Source of the DNA: Malacoraja senta
Lineage: Eukaryota
DNA: 20,000 nucleotides
Reading direction: 5' to 3'
Assembly: GCA_038087875.1 (NCBI GenBank)
Contig: JAXLNO010000177.1
Location: 181,722 to 201,721 of the forward strand
The position numbers were made by a program, and so were the translations under genes. This document shows, piece after piece, positions 8,911 to 20,000 of this stretch; position 1 is the first letter of the stretch, and each line of letters opens with the position of its first letter. The notes under the pieces are model-generated. The model was not told the origin of the DNA. It did no database searches and was given only the letters and a program-made list of their open reading frames with translations.

Positions 8911-9593
8911 AATGTGTGCAGTCCTGCATTGACGTTAGATCCACTTGGGACTATTGATTTCATCAGATCATCTCTCCCCTCCTTCAAGAGGGGAAATTAC
9001 TGTAACTGGATGAATGTTGATTTTATTTTGCTGAAAATTACTATGATCAATTTTAGCAAATACAGTACATTCCATAATAGTTTTTTTCACCAGAAAATCA
9101 TTTTTGCCTTTGCTAACAATTAAAATATATATTATCTGAAGTATGACTGGACAGTTGGTTTATTTGGTCTTTTTTTAAAAATTCTGTGACAATTCAAAGT
9201 TGTTTTAATTAAGTTAGCCAATCCTGTTGTGTTACGAACATTGACTTGATTTCAGGATGACAAAGTCGACTTTTAAAATGGTTATATTATTGAAGCCTTC
9301 GATTGCCCATTGGGTTAAAGGCTCGTCGCCTTCAATATTCATATTATGTCTGAAAAATGTTGCCTTGTGATCTGAGGGGGAAAGTGTGAGGCCATTTAGT
9401 TTTGTTTCTCCACACACAGTAGGTATGGAAACATTTAAACTTCTGCTTTATTTTATAGATTGTGTCGTATTTGAACACAAATTCTCGTTACCATCAAGAG
9501 CTCAATATTTCTGAGTTCCTCACCAACTGGCTTTTCTTTTCCTCTGATGGTCACGGTTAACGAGATTGTTTGAAATTACTTCATTTGATAATT

Positions 9594-9950
9594 TCATAAA
9601 GGGGGAAATACAGCAAGGGCCAATATTAATACTGTTGACAAAATAAATAGTTACACAAAGTCATTCAAAAGGTAAGAATTGAAATAATATAAAATGAAAT
9701 AATATAAAGGAAATTATAACACTGTAAATTGGTGACCTTTCTCTGTGTTACTGTCCAAAACAGGCTCTCAGGTGAACATTGAAAGCTGCTAAGTCTTTAA
9801 ACACATTACCGCACACGGGGCACTTTTCAAGGCAGGTGTGAGCTTTCTGCTGACGGAGATAAGAAAAGCTCTTCCCACAGTGAGGACATTTGTACGACCT
9901 CCGGTGTGGGTCCACTGGTGTTTCTGGACGTTCCCCGAGTCTGCAAAGCT
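9594..9950 (-). pseudogene. Truncated paralogous copy (B) of the 3' end of the PRDM9-like terminal exon plus 3' UTR
   Basis: Aligns to ~15566-15925. Encodes SFADSGNVQKHQWTHTG / (4-nt deletion) [50 protein letters not shown] (stop at 9748-9750). It is cut off at 9950 by a Penelope fragment. Confidence 0.9.
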
Positions 9951-10283
9951 TGTTTAAGAAAGAACTGCGATGCTGGAAAATTCGAAGGTAGACAAAAATG
10001 CTGGAGAAACTCAGCAGGTGAGGCAGCATCTATGGAGCGAAGGAATAGGTGATGTATCGGGCCGAGACCCTTCTTCAGACTGATGTGGGGGTGGGGGTGG
10101 GGGTACGGCAAGAAGAAAGGGAGGGGTGGACACAGTTGGCTGTGGGAGAGCTGGGAATGGGAGGGGAAGGAGGGAGGAAGCAGGGACTACCTGAAATTGG
10201 AGAAGTCAATATTAATACCGCTGGGGTTGAAACTACCCAAGCGAAATATGAAGTGTTGCTCGTCCAATTTGCGGTGGGACTCA
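9951..10283 (-). mobile_element. Penelope-like element 3' fragment (GIY-YIG endonuclease C-terminus plus terminal region)
   Basis: The minus strand at ~10270-10188 reads LDEQHFIFRLGSFNPSGINIDFSNFR*, typical of the fish Penelope ORF end, followed by the abundant terminal repeat sequence. Confidence 0.82.
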
Positions 10284-10483
10284 GAATGTTGTGATGTTTC
10301 AGCCTGTTTTAACGTGTTCCTGCTGTGCCTTAGTGTTTTAACATTGTTGCTGTAATGGGCCAGAGTTGTAAGGTTGTTAATGTTCAGATAAAGATTATAG
10401 GCTGGACTAGGCGACCCGTTTTACAGAGCACCTACACTCTGTCTGCCATGGTCATCATCAGCTTCTCATCACATGTCATTGAA

Positions 10484-10989
10484 CGGTGGCGCAGTGGTAG
10501 AGTTACTGTCTCACAGAGCCAGAGACCCGGGTTCAATCCTGACTACGGCTGCTTGTCTGTACGGGACTTGTTCGTTCTCTCCATGACCAACGTGGATCTT
10601 CTCCCAGATCTTCGGTTTCCTCCCACACTCCAAAGATGTACAAGTTTGTAGGTTAATTGGTTTGGTGTTAATTTACAATTGTCCCTTATGTGTGTAGGAC
10701 AGTGTTAATGTGCGGGGATCGCTGGTCGGTACAGACTCGGTGGGCCGAAGGGCCTGTTTCTGTGCTGTATCTGTACACTAAACTAAACTAGTGTGTGTAG
10801 GATAATGTTAATGTGCGGGGATCGCTGGTCGGTACAGGCTCGGTGGGCCGAAGGGCCTGTTTCCATGCTGTATCTCTAAACTAAACTAGTGTGTGTAGGA
10901 CAGTGTTAATGTGCAGGGATCGCTGGTCGGTACAGGCTCGGTGGGCCGAAGGGCCTGTTTCTGTGCTGTATCTCTAAACTAAACTAAAC
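10484..10989 (+). mobile_element. tRNA-derived V-SINE (HE1-like) with a triplicated 3' tail
   Basis: Pol III A box TGGCGCAGTGG at 10487-10497, B box GTTCAATCC at 10531-10539, V-domain-like ggtttcctcccacactccaaaga, CR1-derived tail tgggccgaagggcctgtttc...(TAAAC)n. The ~100-bp tail occurs three times. Confidence 0.92.
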
Positions 10990-11014
10990 CACTTCCTATT
11001 CCCACACCCACCTG

Positions 11015-11240
11015 TTAGTAAGTTTGCGAATGACACCAGAATTGGTGGTAAAGTGGGCAGTGAAGAGGGTTTTATATCTAAGATTAAAACAGGTTCAAGA
11101 TCAATTGAGAAACTGGGTGAGGAAATGTCAGATGGGATCTAAATGTGACAAGTAGGAAGCGTGGAGGTTGGGAGGTGAAACCAGGGCAAGACTTGCACAG
11201 TAGATTGCAGGGTCCTGGAGATTGTGACAGAAGTGAAACT
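11015..11240 (+). mobile_element. Old CR1 reverse transcriptase fragment
   Basis: Reads SKFANDTRIGGKVGSEEG...DQLRNWVRKCQM..KCDK...NQGKTCTVDCRVL with frameshifts, homologous to the KFADDTKLGG region. Confidence 0.8.
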
Positions 11241-11573
11241 TCCCCGACCTCAGTACAGAAAGTATGTGCGATCGCCAAGCCCTGTACATTTCAGTGGGGT
11301 GGGGCGGTTTGCAGGCAGCTTTACTCTCTCCACAGTTACTGCCTGACCTTCTGGGCTTTTCCAGATGTGCACAGCCCACAGACTGGGGGCAGCTGTGCTG
11401 GGTTGTTCAATGGACAGCGAAATGAAACAGATGCTGCCCAGCTCTGCACCTACAGACTGTGAACAAATTGCCCTCGGCTTCACGTTCAATCTGCAGAGTG
11501 GGTATTTATTGCACGGACACTTTCTTTTCAGCATCACATGTAATCAATGAACTGATCATTAACTTTAAACCAA

Positions 11574-14401
11574 AACAGAAGATAGTAAAATTACAAATTT
11601 TTTAGATAAATGTAATCTACCAAAACTTGACCTTTTGGAACAAGAAGAACTAGGAGCGCAAATTACAATCGAAGAAATAGGTGAAACAATAAAATTGCTG
11701 AAAAATGGTAAGACACCGGGACCAGATGGTTTTAGTAATGAATTTTATAAAAAGTTTCATGAGATAACGACCCCCTATCTATTTAATTTATATACTCACG
11801 TTTTTAAAGAAAATAAATTACCTGAAACATTAGCAGAATCAACTATTACGCTTATTCCAAAGAAAGATAAAGATCTAGAGGAACCGGGTTCATATAGAGC
11901 TATATCACTTCTAAATACCGACCAGAAAATTCTAGCAAAGACCTTAGCTAGAAGACTAAGCAAATATATTAGTAAATTGATAAACCCTGATCAAACGGGG
12001 TTTATACCCAAAAGATATTCATTTAATAATTTGAGACGCCTGTTTAATATAATGTACTCACATAAAAAGGAAGAAAAAGACTTAGCAATTATTTCTTTGG
12101 ACGCAGAGAAAGCATTTGATCAGGTAGAATGGCAGTATTTATACATAGTATTACAAAAATTTAATATGGGAGAGAATTTTATTGCATGGGTGAAATTATT
12201 ATATGATAAACCGATGGCAAGAATATTAACTAACAGCATGTTATCTCAAAAATTTCAATTATCAAGGGGTAATAGGCAGGGATGTGCTTTATCACCCCTG
12301 CTATTTGCCCTTATGATAGAACCTCTGGCTGAAAGTATAAGAAGCCATCCGAATATTCAGGGTTATAATACTAGGGACTCAAATAATAAAATTTCATTGT
12401 ATGCAGACGATATTTTGTTATATATAACAAATTCACAAACGAGTATACCAAATTTATTAAATTTAATAGAGGAATTTGGGTCCTTTTCAGGATATAGAAT
12501 AAATTGGAACAAAAGTGAAATTATGACGTTAAAACCTCAAGAATCCACACACTTATTGAAATTCCCCTTTAAAATAGCAACAGAAAAATTCAAATATCTG
12601 GGTATACAGATTACTAGAAAACATAAAGCTTTATTCAACGCTAATTTTATACCCTTAATAAATAAACTTAATATAATGATAAAATTTTGGAAAACACTCC
12701 CTTTATCATTAATAGGCAGAATAAATGCTATTAAAATGAGCTTCTTACCACAGTTATTATACTTATTTCAATCTATACCAGTATATGTACCAAAATATTT
12801 CTTCTCTAAACTGAATGCTAATATTACTAATTTTGTTTGGGATTACAAATCACATAGAATTAAAAAAGAACACTTATGTAAACCAAAAGATGTCGGGGGA
12901 CTTTCACTCCCTAATTTTTTGTATTACTATTGGGCAATACATATTAAGAATATAATTTACTGGTTGGATAGTTCAACTCAACAGACAGAATGGATAAAAA
13001 TGGAGAAAGAGGATTGTTATCCCTGTAATATAGGAACAATCCTCTTCTCCCCGAAAAAAATGAACAATACAATATATAAGAAAAACCCAATTATACAAGA
13101 TACAATAAGAATATGGAAACAAATAAAACTATCCTTAAAATTAAGAAACCTATCATTGTTAACACCGATAGCGAATAATCCTTTATTTAAACCATCTATG
13201 ATGGATAAAATATATAATCAATGGGAAAGTTTAGGAATTAAAAGGATCGGGGATATGTATGAAATGGAGATTTATTATCATTTCAACAATTACAATTAAA
13301 ATTTAAACTGAAAAACACTCATTATTTTAAATATTTTCAGATTTGTAATTTTTGAAGACATACATACAGGGATATCAAAAAATAACTCCTGATTTACTAG
13401 AAGAAGTAATGAATATAAAAGCTCATACACAAAAATTAATATCATATTTATATAATAGTATCTTAAATATAGATTTACCTGTGACCGAGGTAATTAGAGA
13501 AGAGTGGGAACGGGAATTATTGATAAAAATTACGAAGGCTACATGTGAAAAGTATTTGACATACATTCACAAGTGTTCGATTAACGCAAGACATAATCTA
13601 ATCCAATTTAAAATTTTACATAGATTATATTACTCAAAAACAAGATTAAACAAATTTTATCCAAATATATCGCCCATTTGCGATAAATGTTTAATCCAAG
13701 AAGCAACTATAACACACTCTTTTGTTTCTTGTATAAAACTTCATGGATTTTGAGTGATATTTTCGAAATATTTACAAAATTATTTAAGACAAAAATGGAA
13801 CCCAATAATGAATTGATTATATTTGGGGTAATGGAAGACGGGAACAAATTGAGCTCATCTCAAAAGTCAATTTTTAATTATGGTTTAATAATAGCAAAAA
13901 AATTTAATATTGACATTTTGGAAAAATACACCAATACCAACGCTCAAAATGTGGATTGCAAGTATGTTGGATACCGCACATCTTGAGGAAATGCGATTCC
14001 TCCTAATAGATAAATTTGACCATTCATAACGAGTTGGTCTCCATTTGTCGTCTTTTTGGAAACGTATGGTGCAAAACAGGTGTAAAAGCTAATCCGTGAC
14101 TGCGGATGGTCAAGATTATAAATGATCTCCTTCTATTTTCTTTTCTTCTTTTCTTTTCATTTATCTCTTTCTTCTATTTTCTATGTCTCAACTTTCTTAT
14201 TTCATTCTTTATTTTTCTTTTTCACACACTATATATCTCACATTTTTCTATTTTTCATTATCTAACTTTTTTCTTTTTCTACTTTATTTCAAAAAAATTT
14301 AAAAATAAGAAGCTGTACATAAAAGGTATTATGAAAATATGATTGTATACAATTGTACTTACTTCTAATAAAATAAAAATATTTAAAAAAAAAATAAAAA
14401 A
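11574..14401 (+). mobile_element. 5'-truncated L1-clade LINE: ORF2 RT domain, C-terminal CCHC region, T-rich 3' UTR and poly(A) tail
   Basis: ORFs 11635..13299, 13352..13753 (CDKC..H..C) and 13687..13986 are joined by frameshifts. AATAAA at ~14367 and an A-rich tail to 14401. Candidate TSD AAACCAA at 11567-11573 and 14402-14408, at a TTT/AAA site. No endonuclease domain or ORF1. Confidence 0.95.
11635..13299 (+). CDS. L1-clade ORF2 reverse transcriptase domain (open 554-codon remnant, no authentic start)
   Basis: Motifs PGPDGF, YRAISLLN, QTGF, SLDAEKAFD, RQGCALSPLLF, LYADD and YLG are all intact. Confidence 0.85.
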   Translation: MEQEELGAQITIEEIGETIKLLKNGKTPGPDGFSNEFYKKFHEITTPYLFNLYTHVFKENKLPETLAESTITLIPKKDKDLEEPGSYRAISLLNTDQKILAKTLARRLSKYISKLINPDQTGFIPKRYSFNNLRRLFNIMYSHKKEEKDLAIISLDAEKAFDQVEWQYLYIVLQKFNMGENFIAWVKLLYDKPMARILTNSMLSQKFQLSRGNRQGCALSPLLFALMIEPLAESIRSHPNIQGYNTRDSNNKISLYADDILLYITNSQTSIPNLLNLIEEFGSFSGYRINWNKSEIMTLKPQESTHLLKFPFKIATEKFKYLGIQITRKHKALFNANFIPLINKLNIMIKFWKTLPLSLIGRINAIKMSFLPQLLYLFQSIPVYVPKYFFSKLNANITNFVWDYKSHRIKKEHLCKPKDVGGLSLPNFLYYYWAIHIKNIIYWLDSSTQQTEWIKMEKEDCYPCNIGTILFSPKKMNNTIYKKNPIIQDTIRIWKQIKLSLKLRNLSLLTPIANNPLFKPSMMDKIYNQWESLGIKRIGDMYEMEIYYHFNNYN

Positions 14402-14629
14402 AAACCAACGGGCAATTCAAAGCACAAGGCATTGGGCAGAGCGAGGGGTCGGAAAACACAGCATCAAACTCGCGTTAGTTCCCTGGGTTGGGGCCGTGAA
14501 ACTCAACACAAAATACAAATGAACCGTTTATAAACATCCAATGTCATCCTTGATATTTTCCCATCTGACCAAATTCACGGATTACTTCGTCAGCGACGGC
14601 AGCTGAATCCAATCCCGTCCATTTGAATG

Positions 14630-14753
14630 GGAAGCGGGATCCGACCCGAAACGTCACCTATCCATGTCCTCCACAGATGCTGCCCCGACCCGCAGTTACT
14701 CCAGCGCTGTGTGTTTTTTATTTGTAATCCAGCATCTGCTGTTCCTTGTGTCT
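14630..14753. mobile_element. Short Penelope-end-like interspersed repeat (opposite orientation to 5107-5189)
   Basis: ccgacccgaaacgtcacctatccatgtcctccacagatgctgcc..gacccgcagttactccagc...ccagcatctgctgttccttgtgtct. Confidence 0.75.
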
Positions 14754-15716
14754 TCCCTCCATTTCCTGACACTGTCCTCCCCCTCCCTCCCGCCCGCACT
14801 CACCGGGGTCCCCCCCCCCCCTCGCCCACCGCAGGAACCTCAAGGTGGCCGGAGGAGCAGGGACCAGGTTACAAACACATCGGACACAGACAGACTGGGG
14901 AAAGAGCTTGCATGAGCCGCGTGTGTGTGTGTGTATTGATGCAGCGCTGCAGAGTGTGAAGCCGGCCGGCTGAACAAAGAGCATGAATACTGGACGGTGC
15001 ATGTGTGCAGGAGCTGCAGCCAGAGGCCAGCAGGGGTGAAGTGCCGAGCGCTGGCAAGGTTTGGTGATGAGGCAGGAGGGGGTTACACAGTGACCAGCGC
15101 CGTGTGTCCACTGAGCCGCTGTACTTCCGATCAGCAACAACAGGTAACATGATGCACGGAGCTCCCAGGACTTGACGCAACCGCCATTAAAAATACTCTT
15201 CAATCACATTGATTCACAACACAATTACTTTAATAACATTAGAATAACATGAACAGATGTTGCCGGGACATCGCGGGTGCTGGTCAATCACCTCGCACAG
15301 AAATATTTTAAATACAATGCAGAATGATACAAATTAAAACACATTTTGTCTCAAACCTCCGATAAATAAATTACATCAACCAACACATCCAACATTTCAA
15401 TTTACAAACTCACCTGCTGCTTATACTTGGAACAACACTTTAAACGTTGCAAACTCCAGTGTCAGCATTTTACTGATCACCCGTTCAAGAAATATCACAG
15501 GAATAAAGTGAAAGCTGCAGGGGACCAGCAGTTTGATAGCCCAGAATTGTCCACACAAAGTATAATCATAAACGGGGAAATACAGCAAGGGACAATATAA
15601 TACTGTTGACAAAATACATAGTTACACAAAGTCATTCAAAAGGTAAGAATTGAAATAATATAAAATGAAATAATATAAAGGAAATTATAACTGTAAATTG
15701 GTGACCTTTCTCTGTG

Positions 15717-16697
<981 letters not shown>

Positions 16698-17321
16698 CTG
16701 GAGAAGGAAACAGAAATGATCACTTTCAGCAAAGAATCCATGCTCTGATTTGGAAGACAGATTAGTAAATGCTTCCGTGTTAATGGAGCTGCTCGGAGAT
16801 GTTAAATGAAATAATTTACAGGCGTATCTGGTGAAAGATTGTGGGAGGAGGGAGTTATCAATCACCAGATGATTCTGATAAAGACTCAAGAGAGATGGAA
16901 TCTGTCTTTGATATCCTCCAATGTTATTTAGAATTCTTCTAACCCAGTGTGATAACTGGTTTGTTAAAATGGGCAAATGAAAAGCAAAGTGCAGATGTCA
17001 AATAACATCCTGAGCTGGGAGTTTCTGAGGATGACAGCAGGACAAAGGGGCTGCCTGCATCTTTGTAAATGCTCAGTGATTCAGCGTGAGTTGCTCCAAG
17101 GATGTTTTGAATAAAATCAGTGGATCCACGATGTTTTTGTGCTTCTGACACCAGTGACATCATTCAGCACAATTCTCTGCTTCACTATTCTGCAAATTTC
17201 TCATCCTTACTACAACTGCTGCTTTGTTTGTGATAATAGTTTCTGACGTGCCACTTTAAACACCTGTCATTATTTGACAGTAAAACAATTAAAGTTTGAT
17301 GGCATTGACCAATCCCTGTTG

Positions 17322-17670
17322 CAGGCGTACACTGGCCCTATCCCTGACCTCTATCTCCGTTACATTGACGTCTCCTGCACCCATCCACAACTCATGGACT
17401 TCATTAACTTCACCACCAATTTCCATCCTGCACTCTAATTCACTTGGACCATCTTCAACACCTCCCTCCCCTTTCTAGATCTCACAGTCTCCATCACAGG
17501 CTGACATCTACAAACCCACTGACACCCACAACTATCTCCACTACACTTCTTGCCACCCTGCTTCCTGCAAAGACTCCATCCCGACTCCTAATTCCTCCGT
17601 CTACGCCGCATCTGCGCCCAAGATGAGGGGCTTCCATACCAGGACATCCGAGATGTCCTCATTCTTTAGG
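17322..17670 (+). mobile_element. Degraded Penelope-like reverse transcriptase fragment
   Basis: Pieced translation QAYTGPIPDLYLRYID..SCTHPQLMDFINFTTNFHPAL*FTWT..SLPFLDLTVSITG..YKPTDTHNYLHYTSCHP..KDSIP..FLRLRRICAQDE..HTRTSEMSSFFR carries the Penelope RYIDD, LPFLD, YKPT and S.HP motifs. Confidence 0.88.
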
Positions 17671-17746
17671 GCCGGGACCTCCAAACATTTCAGCATGAGG
17701 TCACATTATATATTGGGCACATTGTTGTGTCAAAATAAAGAAATAT

Positions 17747-18241
17747 CACACTGACACACACACATACACACTGACACACACACACACTGACCCCACACAC
17801 ACACATACACATTGACACACACACACACACACTGACACACACACACACTCACACACACACACCGACACACACACACACACACACACTGACCCACACACAC
17901 ACACTGACCCACACACACACACTGACACACACACACACACTGACACACACACACACACACTGACACACACACACACACAGACACACACACACACTGACAC
18001 ACACACTGAGACACACACACACACTGACACACACACACACACACTGACCCACACACACACTGACACACACATACACACTGACACACACACACACACACTG
18101 ACACACACACACACCGACACACACACACACACACCGACACACAACACACACAGTCAGACACAGACACACACACACACAGACTCAGACATACAGGCTCTTT
18201 CTCTCACTCTCTCTCTCTCACACACACATACACACACACAC
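17747..18241. repeat. Interrupted (CA)n microsatellite
   Basis: (CA)n blocks punctuated by CTGA/CCGA over ~500 bp. Confidence 0.97.
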
Positions 18242-18325
18242 TGTGATCACCCCTCAGGCACATTAACAAAGACCCACGCTCACAAATCGGGCCACCGATC
18301 CGCCGATCTCCACAGGGCTGGCGAC

Positions 18326-20000
18326 AAAGAGAGAGGGGGAGAGGAGAAGGGAGGGAGAGAGAGAGAGAGAGAGAGAGATGGGGAGCGAGAGAGGGTGGAA
18401 GAGAGGTAGAGAGATGGAGAGAGATAGGGTAGAGAGGGAGAGGGGGAGAGAGAAGGAGAGAGAGAGAGGGAGAGAGAGGAGGGGAGGGGGGAGAGAGGGA
18501 GAGAGGGGGTGGGAGAGGGAGAGAGAGAAAGGGGGAGAGCGATCGACAGAAGAAGGAGGAGAGAGAGAGAGAGAGAGATGGGGAGAGAGAGAGGAAGAGA
18601 GAGAGAGAGAGATAAAGAGAGAGAGAGGGAGAGAGAGCGGGTGAGACAGAGAGAGATGTGGAGAGAGAGATAGAGAGGGAAGGAGGGACAGAGAGAGAGT
18701 GAGTGAGTGAGAGGGAGAGAGGCAGGGAGAGACAGAATGGGGAGCGGGAGAGAGAATGGGGGGAGAGAGAGGGGGAGACAGGGAGGGGGTGAAAGAGGGA
18801 GGAAGAGAGAGAGAGAGAGCGGTGAGGGAGAGAGGGGGGGAGAGAGAGGGAGATAGAGAGATGGGGGAGAGAGGGAATGGTGGGAGAGAGGGGGAGACAG
18901 ATTGAGCGAGGGAGAGGGAGAGGGGAGAGAGGGGGGGAGAGGGGAGAGGGGAGAGAGAGAGAGAGGGGGAGAGAGGGGGAGGGAGAGGGGGGGACAGAGG
19001 GGAGAGAGGGGAGAGGGGAGAGACAGGGCGGGGGGAGAGAGGGGAGAGAAAGGGAGAGAGAGGAGAAAGAGAGAGAGACGGGGAGAGAGAGAGAAAGGTA
19101 GCGGAAAAGCGGGAGAGAGAGGGGGGAGAGAGGGTGAGAGAGAGAGAGAGAGAGAGAGATGGGGAGAGAGAGTACCGAGAGGCCGAGATAGTAGAGAGAT
19201 AGCGAATGAGAGAGAGAGGGAAAGAGAGGGGGAGAGATAGAGGGGGAGAGAGGGGGAGAACAAGAGAGAGAGAGAGAGTGAGGGGTAGAGCGAGAGAGAG
19301 AGAGAGAGGGGGAGGGAGAGAGGGGGAGAGAGACAGGGAGAGAGAGGGCCGGAGAGGGAGAGAGCGAGAGAGATAGAGAGAGAAAGGGAGAGAGAGCCAG
19401 AGAGAGGGAGACGGGGAGAGGGAGACGGGGAGAGGGAGAGAGAGAGGGGGAGAGGGGGAGAGATGTTGAGAGAGGGGCGGGGAGAGAGAGAGGGGGAGCG
19501 AGGAGAGAGAGAGAGATTGGGAGATAGGTAGATATGGAGAGAAAGAAAGGGGGAGTGAGAGAGAGAGCGGGGAGAGAGCGGGGGTAGAGAGAGAGAGACG
19601 GGGAGAGAGACCGAGAGAGGTAGAGAGTTCGAGGATGAGAGAGAGACAGAAAGAGTGAGAGGGGAGAGAGAGAGATGGGGAGAGAGGGAGAGAGAGGAGG
19701 GAGAGAGAGAGGGGGAGAGAGAGAGGGAGAGAAAGAGAGATTGGGAGAGAGGAGAGATGGAGAGGGAAGAGAGAGAGGAGAGAGAGAATGAGGAGCGAAT
19801 ATAGAGAGGGAGAGAGAGGGGGAGAAAAGAGGTGGGGAGAGGGGGACAGGGGAGAGTCGGAGAGGTGGGCGAGTGGATGGAGAGAGGGAGACGGGGAGAG
19901 AGAGAGAGGGTGAGACGGAGAGAGAGGGAGACGGGAGAGAGAGAGTGAAAGATGGGGAGAGAGGGGGGGAGAAATGGAGAGAGAGGGGGGGGTGAGAGAG
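18326..20000. repeat. Long degenerate (GA)n / polypurine tract running off the window
   Basis: About 1.7 kb that is almost entirely G and A on the + strand. Confidence 0.97.

Noticed and set aside
9232..9590. Short minus-strand ORF and coding-looking sequence next to paralog B
   Set aside because: No recognisable motif or consistent splice structure, and no similarity to the sequence downstream of copy A.
10484..10545. tRNA gene
   Set aside because: The A and B boxes belong to a SINE head that continues into the V-domain and LINE tail. There is no complete cloverleaf or Pol III terminator.
11245..11540. Possible continuation of paralog B or a degenerate finger (GDRTYF/CTEVGE)
   Set aside because: No alignment to 16440-16700 and no intact Cys/His pattern.
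16700..17280. ORFs 16692..16976 and 16939..17163 as upstream PRDM9 (SET) exons
   Set aside because: No NCAR/ELLVWYG-type SET motifs. They lie beyond the strong acceptor at 16698 and are more likely intron, possibly a very old LINE remnant.
17730..19263. CV-rich, SL/P-rich and ER-rich ORFs
   Set aside because: Translations of the (CA)n and (GA)n simple repeats.

Overview
Eukaryotic, repeat-rich genomic DNA. The HE1/V-SINE, CR1, L1-clade and Penelope repeats point to a cartilaginous fish, probably a skate or ray (inference). The main content is what looks like a head-to-tail cluster of PRDM9-like genes on the minus strand. (A) A terminal exon at 16697-15717 has the PRDM9-type isolated post-SET finger, a spacer, a minisatellite-like array of seven 84-bp C2H2 fingers varying mainly at DNA-contact residues, two C2HC-type end fingers, and two 1-bp frameshifts. 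(B) A ~350-bp truncated paralogous 3' end lies at ~9594-9950. (C) Three 5' coding exons of another copy (1070-948, 644-574, 154-55) match human PRDM9 exons 4-6 in intron phase, and in sequence for the first two. I found no intact KRAB-A exon for this copy. Between the copies are a CpG-island promoter (CCAAT boxes, GC boxes, E-box) with a 55-bp minisatellite of CTCF-like motifs, a broken exon from a different C2H2 ZNF family, several LINE insertions (three with target-site duplications), a SINE with a triplicated tail, a large imperfect palindrome, and long (CA)n and GA-rich tracts. No PR/SET exon is in the window, and all homology calls are by eye from remembered sequences.
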